Source of the DNA: Pseudomonadota bacterium
GTDB taxonomy: Bacteria > Pseudomonadota > Gammaproteobacteria > Poriferisulfidales > JAYYZZ01
Length of the DNA: 64,000 nucleotides
NCBI GenBank assembly: GCA_036687665.1
Contig: JAYYZZ010000004.1
Coordinates: 22,330 to 86,329 of the forward strand
Direction: 5' to 3'
The notes beneath the pieces are model-generated. The model did no database searches and was not told the DNA's origin. It saw only the letters and a list, made by a program, of their open reading frames with translations. Of the stretch, positions 24,361 through 34,001 are shown in pieces (position 1 is the stretch's first letter; each line of letters opens with the position of its first letter). The translations under genes and the position numbers were made by a program.

Positions 24361-25482
24361 GTGATGAGATTTTTGCCGAAAAGATTTGTTTTTCCTTTGT
24401 ATTTGATTTGTGTTGTCACAATTGGTGTTGAATTTTTTACTCAGTTTTTAATTGAAAAGAATGATCAATATTATATCTACCCACCATATTATAAATTCAT
24501 GCAAAAATCTAACCCCGAATTCACCCCTGGTGTTTACACTGATGCACATTTTCGTGCAAATGAACTGGGTATTAGGTCTGAGAGTTACCAAGGGCAAGAC
24601 AATGTTATTTTAATACTAGGCGGCAGTACGGCGATAGATGTAATGCTAGATCAGGAACTTACATGGGCGTACCAATTGCAAAGATTACTTACCAAAGAGA
24701 GTAAGTGGGTTTCAACATGGGTAGGTAATCTTGGCAATAGTGCACGTGCATCTGAAAACCACGTTGATTACATGGAAAAGATTTTTCCATACATGCCAAA
24801 GCCAGATTTTATTTTAGTTCTTTTAGGCGCTAACGATATGCAGCTTGCGCTAAAGTCTAGCTATGGCGAGGGAGAGCTCAATGATCATAATTTATTAAAT
24901 TATAACGTCCACCCGGACAATGATTTTATTTCAAATTTTGGAATATATCGTTTTTACAGACAAATGCATCAATGGTATCTAAGAGATAAATATGCATTTA
25001 TTGGCAACGGTGCGGGGTTCAAGCAATGGAGGGATTGCCGTCAATCTGCACCTGCACATACCCATGTTGACAAGTTGCCTGACTTATCTGAAATGCAGCA
25101 AGTCATGTGGCATAGCCTTGAAAGCATGGAGTATTTATCACGTCAGTATAAAGCGAAAATAATTTTTATAACACAACCTACGTTATATAACACTTCAGTA
25201 GGTGATGCAGAAAAGTCAGTGCTTATGGCTGGTGGAGTAGGGCCAAACCAAGTTTGGTGTAAGGATAAAAAATATTATTCAATAGGAGCGCTTGCCAAAG
25301 CAATGATAGAGTTTAACAATATCACAAGACGCTTTTGCAAAACCAAAGGTCTTGATTGTATAGATCTAGCAAAAAAATTGCCGCCTAAGTTAGATAATTA
25401 TTATGATGAAATGCATTATAGCGAGCTAGGTGCTTTAAAAGTTGCAACAGTCATAGCTCAAGAAATGTCCAAAATGAAATGA
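24361..25482 (+). CDS. membrane-anchored SGNH/GDSL-fold protein (GGS variant), paralog 1
   Basis: N-terminal TM. Block I ILILGGSTAID, block II GNLGNSA, block III LLGANDM, block V YDEMHYS (DxxH). Start is the GTG at 24361 or the ATG at 24364. Confidence 0.65.
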   Translation: MMRFLPKRFVFPLYLICVVTIGVEFFTQFLIEKNDQYYIYPPYYKFMQKSNPEFTPGVYTDAHFRANELGIRSESYQGQDNVILILGGSTAIDVMLDQELTWAYQLQRLLTKESKWVSTWVGNLGNSARASENHVDYMEKIFPYMPKPDFILVLLGANDMQLALKSSYGEGELNDHNLLNYNVHPDNDFISNFGIYRFYRQMHQWYLRDKYAFIGNGAGFKQWRDCRQSAPAHTHVDKLPDLSEMQQVMWHSLESMEYLSRQYKAKIIFITQPTLYNTSVGDAEKSVLMAGGVGPNQVWCKDKKYYSIGALAKAMIEFNNITRRFCKTKGLDCIDLAKKLPPKLDNYYDEMHYSELGALKVATVIAQEMSKMK

Positions 25483-26726
25483 ATACCCTTATATGCAAGA
25501 GTTTAGTATTTTTAAGGACATTGTTTACTATACTTATAGTAACTCTTGTCCTTTTTGTGCTTATCAATTTGTTATCTTTTCATGTAATACAAACATACCC
25601 TGAGCTATTATTAACTGACGCACAAAGAACAAATGAGAATACACGTGCAGTTAGGGAAAAAATGCTACCTGAGCATTTAGCTTTGAAATGGTACGAAATA
25701 GAATCTATTGATGAGGTAAAGGATATTTGGGAGGAGTTTTTTAGCGGGCCTCAAGAGTATGAAGCTTATACACAATACCGTCATAAGCCACTTATGGGTA
25801 AGTATTATTTAGTTACCAAAGAAGGTTACCGTCTTTCTCGTGAGCCCGGACCTTGGCCACCTGACAAAAGTAATTACAATATTTTCTTTTTTGGTGGTTC
25901 AACAGCTTTCCAACCAGGTCCTGCCTGGACATCTGTTGCATCTTATTTGCAAGATATATTAAATGAAAAACAAAAGTTAACTGAGAAAGTGTTTGTATAT
26001 AATTTTGGGCGTTCTGGGTATTTTACAACACAAGAGCAAATTCTTTTCCAAGAGCTGCTCAAGAGCAATTATATACCTGACGCTGTTGTTTTTTTTGATG
26101 GTCTGAATGATTTTTGTTATACAGATGGCAAGCCAGGAGGGTGGACAAATGTTGCTAAGACGTATAACGACAAAATTGAAGCTCAGATAAAAATAGAAAG
26201 AGAATACAATGCAACAATACGTTGGAATTTAATTAAAACCTTTCTAGTTGAACTACCTGCGACAAAGTTAGCAAGAAGTATTGCCGATTATGTTCAGTAT
26301 AAGGAGATAAAATATACTGGAACAACTGTTAACGATGACCCCAAGGCAGCCCCAGATAAAGTGCTAATGACTGTCATACAAAGATATATTCATAATCTCA
26401 GACAAATAGAAGGAATTTCAAAAGAATACAATATACAACCTATTTTTGTTTGGCAGCCAATACCAACGTATAAGTACAATGCTGAAGCACATATGTTTTA
26501 TCCCAATATTATGGGTTGCCATAGAAATTCAATAGTAGGCTACCCTTTAATGGCAAACTACTTAAAATCGCACCCATTAGAGGAAAATTTTATTTGGGCG
26601 GCTGATATGCAAGAAAATATTAATGAACCTTTATATATTGATGCATTTCATTACACAGCACCAATGTCAAAAATGATTGCCAACTACATTACAGACGCAC
26701 TAATCTCTAGGAAATTACTGCAATAA
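25479..26726 (+). CDS. membrane-anchored SGNH/GDSL-fold protein (GGS variant), paralog 2
   Basis: N-terminal TM. Blocks IFFFGGSTAF, YNFGRSGY, FFDGLNDF and IDAFHYT. ATGA overlap with the upstream paralog. Confidence 0.65.
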   Translation: MNTLICKSLVFLRTLFTILIVTLVLFVLINLLSFHVIQTYPELLLTDAQRTNENTRAVREKMLPEHLALKWYEIESIDEVKDIWEEFFSGPQEYEAYTQYRHKPLMGKYYLVTKEGYRLSREPGPWPPDKSNYNIFFFGGSTAFQPGPAWTSVASYLQDILNEKQKLTEKVFVYNFGRSGYFTTQEQILFQELLKSNYIPDAVVFFDGLNDFCYTDGKPGGWTNVAKTYNDKIEAQIKIEREYNATIRWNLIKTFLVELPATKLARSIADYVQYKEIKYTGTTVNDDPKAAPDKVLMTVIQRYIHNLRQIEGISKEYNIQPIFVWQPIPTYKYNAEAHMFYPNIMGCHRNSIVGYPLMANYLKSHPLEENFIWAADMQENINEPLYIDAFHYTAPMSKMIANYITDALISRKLLQ

Positions 26727-26738
26727 TAAATATATCTC

Positions 26739-27662
26739 ATGAGCCTCGATAAAAAGTTAACCTGTGAAAAACATGAGATTGACCGTGCTGTTGATAACTT
26801 GAGTGAGCTGCATTGCGTTAAAATAAAAAATGTACTCAGCAAAGATGTATTGATTGATACTGCCACTACAGCTAAAGAAATTTTTTCTACCTACGGTCAC
26901 CTTAGCAAACAAGAGCAGGTAGACGCCAACATTCCCTATGGCGTAAGCCAACATATGGCAAATATAACAATGTTGGATGAAAATCCATCAAAGTTGCAAT
27001 ATTTGTTAATAAGAGAAATTTATCAATCACATTTATGGGAGATAATTTGTAAATATCTTAAATCCAGAGATATTATTTCCCTCTTACAGATATCAAGTCT
27101 CAGGTTTATTGATCCGGATCAGCCACATCTTGCGATACCTTTTCATCAAGATGGATTTGGGTTACCAGACGAAAAAGATTATATGCTCATAAGCGTATGG
27201 TTTTTACTTGAACCTAATAAAGCAGGGAAAGGCACAGACGTATCTTGTGTTGAATTTTTACCAGCAAACATTAACCATCTTTTGTCAACTGATATGCAGA
27301 CTGGTAAAAAGAGCAGCTATGCAAGCTCCAGTACCTCAAAGAAAGAACTAGAAAAACTCTATAACGACGGAGCTGAAGTTTGGTCTCCAGATATATCTAT
27401 TGGTGACTGTTTTATGTTCGACTCATACAATTTGCACCGCACGGGCTCTTCTTTGCATTGCAATCACAAGAGATATTCGGCGGAGATAAGATTTCTAGCA
27501 TGTACCCCTGAAACGGTGTATGAAATTAAAGCAAGAAGAAAGAACAATATCCTTGAGATGTACTACGAAACAGACGATGTATATAAGATTATTACACCCA
27601 CTGAAATTAATTGGACTGACCATAGAAGAAGTAAATTTCAAACTGTGCAGTGGGAAAAGTAA
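26739..27662 (+). CDS. PhyH-like Fe(II)/2-oxoglutarate dioxygenase family protein
   Basis: 307 aa. HxD facial-triad candidate PFHQDGF, distal His YNLHRTGSS, and Arg in RYSAEIRF. Confidence 0.55.
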   Translation: MSLDKKLTCEKHEIDRAVDNLSELHCVKIKNVLSKDVLIDTATTAKEIFSTYGHLSKQEQVDANIPYGVSQHMANITMLDENPSKLQYLLIREIYQSHLWEIICKYLKSRDIISLLQISSLRFIDPDQPHLAIPFHQDGFGLPDEKDYMLISVWFLLEPNKAGKGTDVSCVEFLPANINHLLSTDMQTGKKSSYASSSTSKKELEKLYNDGAEVWSPDISIGDCFMFDSYNLHRTGSSLHCNHKRYSAEIRFLACTPETVYEIKARRKNNILEMYYETDDVYKIITPTEINWTDHRRSKFQTVQWEK

Positions 27663-27672
27663 TGAAGGCAAT

Positions 27673-28614
27673 TTAAATATACTTCTTACAGAAATCTTCT
27701 TTTTGGTCAACAAGTCTTAGCTCGAGACTTTCTCTTCCTGAGGTCATATCGGGTGTTATGTGTGTTCGATGTATTGTCCAGTTGCTAAAGATTGCTATAT
27801 CGCCTTTTTTTACATTTAAAAAATCTCTTTGTTTGTCATCAAACTCTTTGTGTATATTTTTAGGATCATATTTTTCGTATTCTATTTTAACAACACCATC
27901 TGTGACATAGTAGTCTAAGTAAGACTGAGATCTTTCTAACCCCACCTTTATAATTTCGAGACTCGGTGCTTTATATTTTAATCCTGCATTCGAAAAAGGT
28001 ATCCAAATGTTTAATACAAGTTGCGTGGTTGCATGATAAAAAATGTCGCTGTGATACTCAGTAGGCAACCCCCATTCCTCTCCGTCAGCATGTTTATTAC
28101 CTTCTAAAAAGTCTGAAATGCTTACTTGTGGATGCATCTTGCGAGTGTGTGATGCATTTGAGACGCTAAATGAGCAATTAGGAAAAGCGTCGTATAGCAG
28201 TGACCAAAATGCCGGGAATGAGATTAAGTCAAAGTAACTGTTCTTGTAGTCATGTGCATGCCGGAACATACTCTCTGATATTGCATCTTGTGCTAGGAGT
28301 ACTTCGAAGAATCCTTTGTCTGGAATTTCATGAGTAAGTGATAGTTTACTTCTGAGTTTTTCATCATCTAGCACAGCCATATCTATGTCGTGCCAATACT
28401 TACTGGCGTGAGGCTGAAGATATTTTCTGAAATAGTCTATTTTTTCAGAAGAAATAGCTTCTCTGAGTATAACGTAACCGTTTTCTTTAATTATAGAGTC
28501 AAATAATTGATCTTTTGTAGCATCTTTGAAAAGAAGATCGCTTTCTGCTGGAAGATCGCTTTCTGTTGGAAGATCGCTTTCCGCTGTTGGTTTTTTTAAA
28601 AATTTTCTGAACAT
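27673..28614 (-). CDS. PhyH-like Fe(II)/2-oxoglutarate dioxygenase family protein with N-terminal hexapeptide repeats (paralog of 40328-41386)
   Basis: 313 aa. Motifs TEYHSDIFYH (HxD) and SNWTIHRT. N-terminus carries three (A/T)ESDLP repeats. Confidence 0.55.
   Translation of the reverse strand: MFRKFLKKPTAESDLPTESDLPAESDLLFKDATKDQLFDSIIKENGYVILREAISSEKIDYFRKYLQPHASKYWHDIDMAVLDDEKLRSKLSLTHEIPDKGFFEVLLAQDAISESMFRHAHDYKNSYFDLISFPAFWSLLYDAFPNCSFSVSNASHTRKMHPQVSISDFLEGNKHADGEEWGLPTEYHSDIFYHATTQLVLNIWIPFSNAGLKYKAPSLEIIKVGLERSQSYLDYYVTDGVVKIEYEKYDPKNIHKEFDDKQRDFLNVKKGDIAIFSNWTIHRTHITPDMTSGRESLELRLVDQKEDFCKKYI
28533..28586. repeat. 3 x 18-bp in-frame tandem repeat (gaagatcgctttc[tc]g[ct]tg)
   Basis: Read directly: three contiguous 18-nt units differing by single bases. 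They encode AESDLP-TESDLP-AESDLL at the N-terminus of the minus-strand CDS 27673-28614. Confidence 0.9.
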
Positions 28615-28620
28615 GGAAGA

Positions 28621-29949
28621 TTATTTAATTTTTTTAGCAATATGGTTTGCTATTGCTTTCATCAGTATATTATTGCCTTTTTCTGTGTAGTGACAACAAT
28701 CATCAATGAAATTTTGATGGCTTAAATCGCTGAATATTTTTGTTGCATCAAAAAAGTCAACGCCAGCGGCAACCAGATTCTTTTCTTGTTTTAAAAAAGC
28801 ATTATATCCAAAATTTACGGGTTCAATATATTTTTTATAAATATGGTCTTTAGAGCGTGGAACATATTTCCCAGATTTTCTATACCATTGATTAGGTTGC
28901 AGGACATGCAAGTAGTGCATATCGCTTTGAGACTTTGCAATGCTATGCATTAAAACTGAAGAATTTCTCCAAGTCTCTGCAATGTATGTATAAATGTCAT
29001 TTATTTTGTTTGTTTTGCTTTCTTTGTACTTCGCAAGAAATCGGGATAAATTACCTATATCTGGGTTACGTTGTAGTCGGTCTTTAGTGCCTTTATTCTG
29101 ATAGCGGTAGTAATAACTAAAGGTTTTCCTTATGAAGTAACACGCTGCAGTTATACAGTCATTTACTGCAGCTTCCCTGTGATTGCTAGCTTGCAACTGA
29201 TAATAATTATATTCCACACTTTCAGATAACATGGATTTTATGTGATCTGCTTCTATTGCGTTACCCAAGCCCTTCCATGTTTGTGCAGCCGGATAAAGTA
29301 CTTCAATTTTATCCTCGGCATAATTTGTATAACCACTGGCAACCTCATTAAAACCATCAATGTTGATAACAATATCAAATTTTTGTTTTGCCGTAGCATA
29401 GTAGGCAAGAGTCATTAGTTGTTGGGGTTGCTTGAACCCTGACATTGCAAAATTTAAAACCCTTATATTTTTATCGCTAAACTTTTTTATTCTCTTTAAT
29501 TCATTCTGCAATACTTGTGTTTTCATTGCTGTTGTTGCTAAGCCTAATCCTACAGAACCACCAAAAATAGCAACAATAATGTCATCTTTTGCCTTTCTTG
29601 TAATAGGGTAGTCACAGCAATCCGGGTCTTTATTGTAAAATGGAGTGTAATATTGGAAACCGTGGTTGTTGTTTTTGTACATGACCGAGTCTTCATCGTG
29701 TTTTAGGTGTTTAAGGTCTATAACGTCCTCTCTGTCAGGATGCAATGTATACCCTATATAAGGGTGAAACACTGATTGTTCAACGGTGAAAATATGAGGA
29801 TCAATATTAGATTTTGATATCTCTTCTATCTCTCTGGCGTAGAACAGTTCGTTTTCTTTGTAGAAAAAATACCCGACACCTAATGTTTCTAGAAGCACAA
29901 AAGCGATTAGTAGATTGACAGATACTATAAAGATGTTTTTCTTTATCAT
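28621..29949 (-). CDS. membrane-anchored SGNH/GDSL-fold protein (GGS variant), paralog 3
   Basis: 442 aa with N-terminal TM. Blocks VAIFGGSVGLG, LNFAMSGF, INIDGFNEV and DDCCHYTEKGNNILMKAIANHI. Confidence 0.65.
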   Translation of the reverse strand: MIKKNIFIVSVNLLIAFVLLETLGVGYFFYKENELFYAREIEEISKSNIDPHIFTVEQSVFHPYIGYTLHPDREDVIDLKHLKHDEDSVMYKNNNHGFQYYTPFYNKDPDCCDYPITRKAKDDIIVAIFGGSVGLGLATTAMKTQVLQNELKRIKKFSDKNIRVLNFAMSGFKQPQQLMTLAYYATAKQKFDIVINIDGFNEVASGYTNYAEDKIEVLYPAAQTWKGLGNAIEADHIKSMLSESVEYNYYQLQASNHREAAVNDCITAACYFIRKTFSYYYRYQNKGTKDRLQRNPDIGNLSRFLAKYKESKTNKINDIYTYIAETWRNSSVLMHSIAKSQSDMHYLHVLQPNQWYRKSGKYVPRSKDHIYKKYIEPVNFGYNAFLKQEKNLVAAGVDFFDATKIFSDLSHQNFIDDCCHYTEKGNNILMKAIANHIAKKIK

Positions 29950-29962
29950 TACCTAGTAGTTT

Positions 29963-31405
29963 TTAAGATAAAAACTGATCTCCTGTTATCTGATTGAATC
30001 TGAGCACTTTATTGTAATCACTGCATTTTTTCATATTTGTTGCATCAGATTGAGAAAAAGTTATTTCTGTATTGCCAAGCTTGTAGTAATTAAAACCATC
30101 ACTTGGTTGCATAGACCCTATAGTATGGTGCGTTTTTGGTCGGACTTTGTATTCAGTATTATTTAGAAACACTTCTTCAGGAATAATAAATTGCCTTAGC
30201 CATTTAATTACAGTATTTCTTTCTTTAACGTCGTGCAATTTTGTAATGATATTTTGAACTTTGTCATCTAAAATTTCGTTCTCTGGAATCAATAAAACAT
30301 TTTTATCAGTTTTATTTCTAACCCTGCTTGCTATGCCCAATTCTATGAGCATAGCAAGAAGTGTTGCAGCATTATCATTACCTTTGACATATAAATCTGT
30401 CCATAAACTATATATTTCACGCCCTGCTGTTAGATGATTTACATGCATATTTGATTCATGTTCTGCAATCTCCCAATCTTTCTCATTAATATCGGCGTAA
30501 TGTACACGGCCGGGTTGTCTTATCATTAGATCACAAGTTTTATTTGCTTTTTCGAAAAGCGCCCACCATTTCATAAAATTTAACGAATTAAATGGCATGT
30601 TCTCTGTATACCATGGCCTATCTTTTCCGGGTATGGCTAAACTCAACATAAATAAGTCATCGGAATCTGTAATAAAGTGAATTTCATTTTCCTTAAAAGG
30701 CCACGGAAGCATTCTGTGGTCAGTAAGTTCATACAAGTCCCCCCTAAAAAACCATGGATTGTGAGCGGTAAAGGTGGTCAGCACACCTTGATTCTTTATT
30801 GGCCTTATTATTACTTCTGGATGTCTTGGATACCAATTACTATCACGCACAAATGAAGCATAAAGTGCATGTAGATTTTCTAGTCCAATTTTGACCAAAG
30901 TACGCGGCTCAAAGCTTATTACTTTATTTTTTGCTGGATATTTTTTATCTAAATACGGAAGTAACCTGGATGTGTCTGACCTTATATGGTTGTTGAAGAA
31001 TATAGCTGTTTTTCCATTTTTAGCAAGGTCTGCTAGATGTTTGAATGAACCGTCAGACCATAGAACATCGGGGGGTAGAAATAAGCAATAACTCTTATTA
31101 AGCGCAGACTGATCTATTGCGTATTGCCAAACTTCATGGTGTGTAGCGAATGGCGTCTCAAGTTGCGCTGGGTCAAGAGTTATAAATTCAACTGTACAAT
31201 ATTCTAGCAGTTTATTGAAAAATTCATTTTCAGATATTATTTTCTGATCTGGTCCTGTAGCAAAAATAAAAAATATTGTCTCAAAAGTCTTGGAGAATTC
31301 TGGGAAGTTATTCGGTGATAAAAGTGTTCTCAAATGGTAGTTTAAGAAGACATTCATGTGCCATTCTCCCCATACAGTTAGAACCATGTCGCATTTCATT
31401 TTCAT
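29963..31405 (-). CDS. uncharacterised ~480 aa protein, paralog A (possible GT-A-like N-terminal half, degenerate FAS1-like C-terminus)
   Basis: Shares VLTVWGEWH / LFLPPDVLWSDGSF / DSDDLFMLSLA with 32550-34001 (VIVAWGDWH / NLWPDVIWPDGAM / NEDCFILSIA). No signal peptide or TM seen. Confidence 0.35.
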   Translation of the reverse strand: MKMKCDMVLTVWGEWHMNVFLNYHLRTLLSPNNFPEFSKTFETIFFIFATGPDQKIISENEFFNKLLEYCTVEFITLDPAQLETPFATHHEVWQYAIDQSALNKSYCLFLPPDVLWSDGSFKHLADLAKNGKTAIFFNNHIRSDTSRLLPYLDKKYPAKNKVISFEPRTLVKIGLENLHALYASFVRDSNWYPRHPEVIIRPIKNQGVLTTFTAHNPWFFRGDLYELTDHRMLPWPFKENEIHFITDSDDLFMLSLAIPGKDRPWYTENMPFNSLNFMKWWALFEKANKTCDLMIRQPGRVHYADINEKDWEIAEHESNMHVNHLTAGREIYSLWTDLYVKGNDNAATLLAMLIELGIASRVRNKTDKNVLLIPENEILDDKVQNIITKLHDVKERNTVIKWLRQFIIPEEVFLNNTEYKVRPKTHHTIGSMQPSDGFNYYKLGNTEITFSQSDATNMKKCSDYNKVLRFNQITGDQFLS

Positions 31406-31406
31406 G

Positions 31407-32543
31407 TTATAACCTTAGGCCTAGGATATTCGCTCTTCTTTGCAATTGGTTAAATAAATCGGAGATGTTTTCCGCTTTTATAATCATATGTACATCAAGC
31501 TTTTTATATAATCGGCTTATAATTGTTGATTTACCTTTGATGGCGATCGCTGAAGTTGAGTGCTGAATATCTGGCTTGAATCGAGTTAACACTTTAAATA
31601 ATGTTCCTGTAAAAGTAGCTGCAATTCCGGCAGTTGCAGAAAACAACGGGAACAATGTAGCTCCCTGGGGTGTTTTTTTCAAAAAGAATCTGCTTAGAAA
31701 GTACGAGAAAGCATATATGTGATCTTTATACTGAATCACATAATAATGTACATCAAATGCAATTATTGTATAAGACTGTACAGTTACTTTTTTTGACAGT
31801 TGCCACCAATCTCCTCTTTGGAATATTAAAGCCTGGAGTGATGCATTTGCAAACATTTCAGAATCACCTTTTTTCTTTGCAATGCTTGCTTGGCATTGCC
31901 ACAATTGTTGTGGATTTTGGACCGACATCGCATTTGTTGATGTTTGGGCAAACGTAGCTAAACTTTTATCTTGCATATCCGCATCACCAGCAAGCAGCTT
32001 TTGATTCCATAACTGATTTAATATCCATTTTATATGATCTACTTTTGTATTTTCTGCATATGGATATTTCTGTAATAACTCCTTGCCCAGAGTATCCTGA
32101 TATTTAGCAATTAAAAAACTGTTATTTAGTTTTATGGCGCTTGAGTTTATAAGATCTGAAATATCATCAATACTTACTGTTTCTTTATTTATATCTATCC
32201 AATCGTCTATTAGAAGAAGCCTAAGTGAAGCAGCTTCGTGTTCTTTCATATTTAATTTTTCTATTGCATTTGCAATCCAATCACCGTCGGTAATTTTTTC
32301 TGCTTGTTTGTTTTTATAGGGCCTTAAAGTATTAAGTGTACCTGTCGCCCACCCCATTTCTTTTTCAAATTTTTTTAGGGAAATATAATCTCTTCTAATA
32401 ATTCTTGATAGTTCTACAAATTTTATTATAGTTTTGGTATCTTTTTCATTTTCAATATCAAATTTTGATAACGCATCAACGCAGGCACTTATATTGCCTC
32501 TTAGCAAATATTTTTCAGCTTTAGAAACTTCTATAATATTCAT
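31407..32543 (-). CDS. hypothetical protein (no recognisable domain)
   Basis: 378-aa intact ORF packed 1 nt and 6 nt from its operon neighbours. Hydrophobic patch ATLFPLFSATAGIAATFTGTLF near the C-terminus. Confidence 0.5.
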   Translation of the reverse strand: MNIIEVSKAEKYLLRGNISACVDALSKFDIENEKDTKTIIKFVELSRIIRRDYISLKKFEKEMGWATGTLNTLRPYKNKQAEKITDGDWIANAIEKLNMKEHEAASLRLLLIDDWIDINKETVSIDDISDLINSSAIKLNNSFLIAKYQDTLGKELLQKYPYAENTKVDHIKWILNQLWNQKLLAGDADMQDKSLATFAQTSTNAMSVQNPQQLWQCQASIAKKKGDSEMFANASLQALIFQRGDWWQLSKKVTVQSYTIIAFDVHYYVIQYKDHIYAFSYFLSRFFLKKTPQGATLFPLFSATAGIAATFTGTLFKVLTRFKPDIQHSTSAIAIKGKSTIISRLYKKLDVHMIIKAENISDLFNQLQRRANILGLRL

Positions 32544-32549
32544 TGTAAA

Positions 32550-34001
32550 TTATATATTCATTAGTAGACTATCAACATATATGATCTGATACTTTCCTAC
32601 CATAGAGTGAGATAATATTTTTGCGGATATTTCGCCATCAGATAACACAGATCTGGTTTTGTATTTACCTTCTTCCGATATTCCAAATTTTATTAGGTCA
32701 AATTTGTTGCCCTTTATATTTTCAAAGTTAGCAGGTGAATTACTTTCGCTGCCAAATAAAACACCTTTTTTGACGTGTGAAATAAATAGTTCTTCTGATT
32801 TATCATTATTATCTATAGCAAATAAGCGCAATAGTTTATCTTGGTTTATCTTTTTCAGTGCTGAATCAGTTGGAATAAAAAAGGATAAGTTGTCTTGGTA
32901 ACTGACTAGTTTTGGTATGTCCAGAGCGTTCATTAACAACCCAAATATCCCTAGCATCATTTTGCATTGTGGGTTTTTTTGTATTTCTTGAAATACACGA
33001 TATATGCCAAGCCAGTTTTCATATCCCTTCAACCAGATTTTCACTTCATTTTCTTTTCTTTCCCAGAGTTCTTTTGTCGGTTCTTTTTCATATAGCTTTA
33101 CTATTCTTCTGCCAAGGTATTCATTCAAATATGATTCATTTGCTGGATGTAAAGACCACCTAGCCAGAAAAGATTTTGAAACAGAAAAATCTTTGATTAA
33201 GTAGCCCCAATCCTTAGCAAGCGGTGCAATGCTCAAAATAAAACAGTCTTCGTTACTATCGCTAATATGAATATCCTCAGTGGTTAAGTTGGTAATTAAA
33301 AAGCAGTCATTGAGATCGACAAACGCAGGGTCATAGGCAATTATTTCTCTGCCAGTTTCAAACAAAAGAAAGCCTTCGTCTTCTACTGGCCAGATATGGT
33401 CTAGCGCAGGCCTTGCGTTGTTAACTTTATCCATAGCTGCAGCTGATTGTTGTTGTAAATGCTGTTTAGCAAAAGATATTGCTTCATAAGGATTTATGCT
33501 GATTATATTGTCGCTTTTTTTAAAAGCATTGATGTCATTAGCTATTGATTCTTTTGCGACACGGATATGGGGCGGGCATAAAGAAGCTTTTTTTCCTTCC
33601 AGAAGCGGTTTGCATTGATTCATCATGGCTCCATCAGGCCAAATCACGTCGGGCCATAAGTTAAAAATAAGATTGCCTGCATTGAAGGCATCCTTTCTTG
33701 CTTGATGCCAAGCTTCCATTTGATATGTTGATATTAGCTCGCCAGCACCAGGCGCAGCATTTATAACGACTTTGCCATAAGATCTTAATTGTTGCATGCA
33801 TCGCAAGGCCTTTATACTGTCCACATCGTTGATGTGTGTAAGAAAGACAAACTTCAGGGAAAATAGTTGCGCGAGCGCTGGTAAATTGTTGTCACTCAGC
33901 GCAGATGGGAACATGAAATCATTCATAACTGAGATATGCCAATCTCCCCATGCAACTATGACAAGATCTAGGTTTCGTTTTTTTCCTTTATTAACTGACA
34001 T
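32550..34001 (-). CDS. uncharacterised ~483 aa protein, paralog B (FAS1/fasciclin-like C-terminal ~130 aa)
   Basis: ATG at 34001 preferred over the GTG at 34007; it overlaps the upstream stop by 11 nt. C-terminus LSFFIPTDSALKKI ... LFISHVKKG ... GKYQIIYVDSLLM resembles the FAS1 H1/H2/YH pattern. Confidence 0.4.
   Translation of the reverse strand: MSVNKGKKRNLDLVIVAWGDWHISVMNDFMFPSALSDNNLPALAQLFSLKFVFLTHINDVDSIKALRCMQQLRSYGKVVINAAPGAGELISTYQMEAWHQARKDAFNAGNLIFNLWPDVIWPDGAMMNQCKPLLEGKKASLCPPHIRVAKESIANDINAFKKSDNIISINPYEAISFAKQHLQQQSAAAMDKVNNARPALDHIWPVEDEGFLLFETGREIIAYDPAFVDLNDCFLITNLTTEDIHISDSNEDCFILSIAPLAKDWGYLIKDFSVSKSFLARWSLHPANESYLNEYLGRRIVKLYEKEPTKELWERKENEVKIWLKGYENWLGIYRVFQEIQKNPQCKMMLGIFGLLMNALDIPKLVSYQDNLSFFIPTDSALKKINQDKLLRLFAIDNNDKSEELFISHVKKGVLFGSESNSPANFENIKGNKFDLIKFGISEEGKYKTRSVLSDGEISAKILSHSMVGKYQIIYVDSLLMNI

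Noticed and set aside
19555-29949. Possibility that this is a saxitoxin-type alkaloid gene cluster.
   Set aside because: No SxtA-like PKS/aminotransferase, amidinotransferase (SxtG), SxtB, Rieske oxygenases or MATE exporters are present. The surrounding genes are nucleotide-sugar and polysaccharide-export genes, so only the tailoring enzyme classes overlap.
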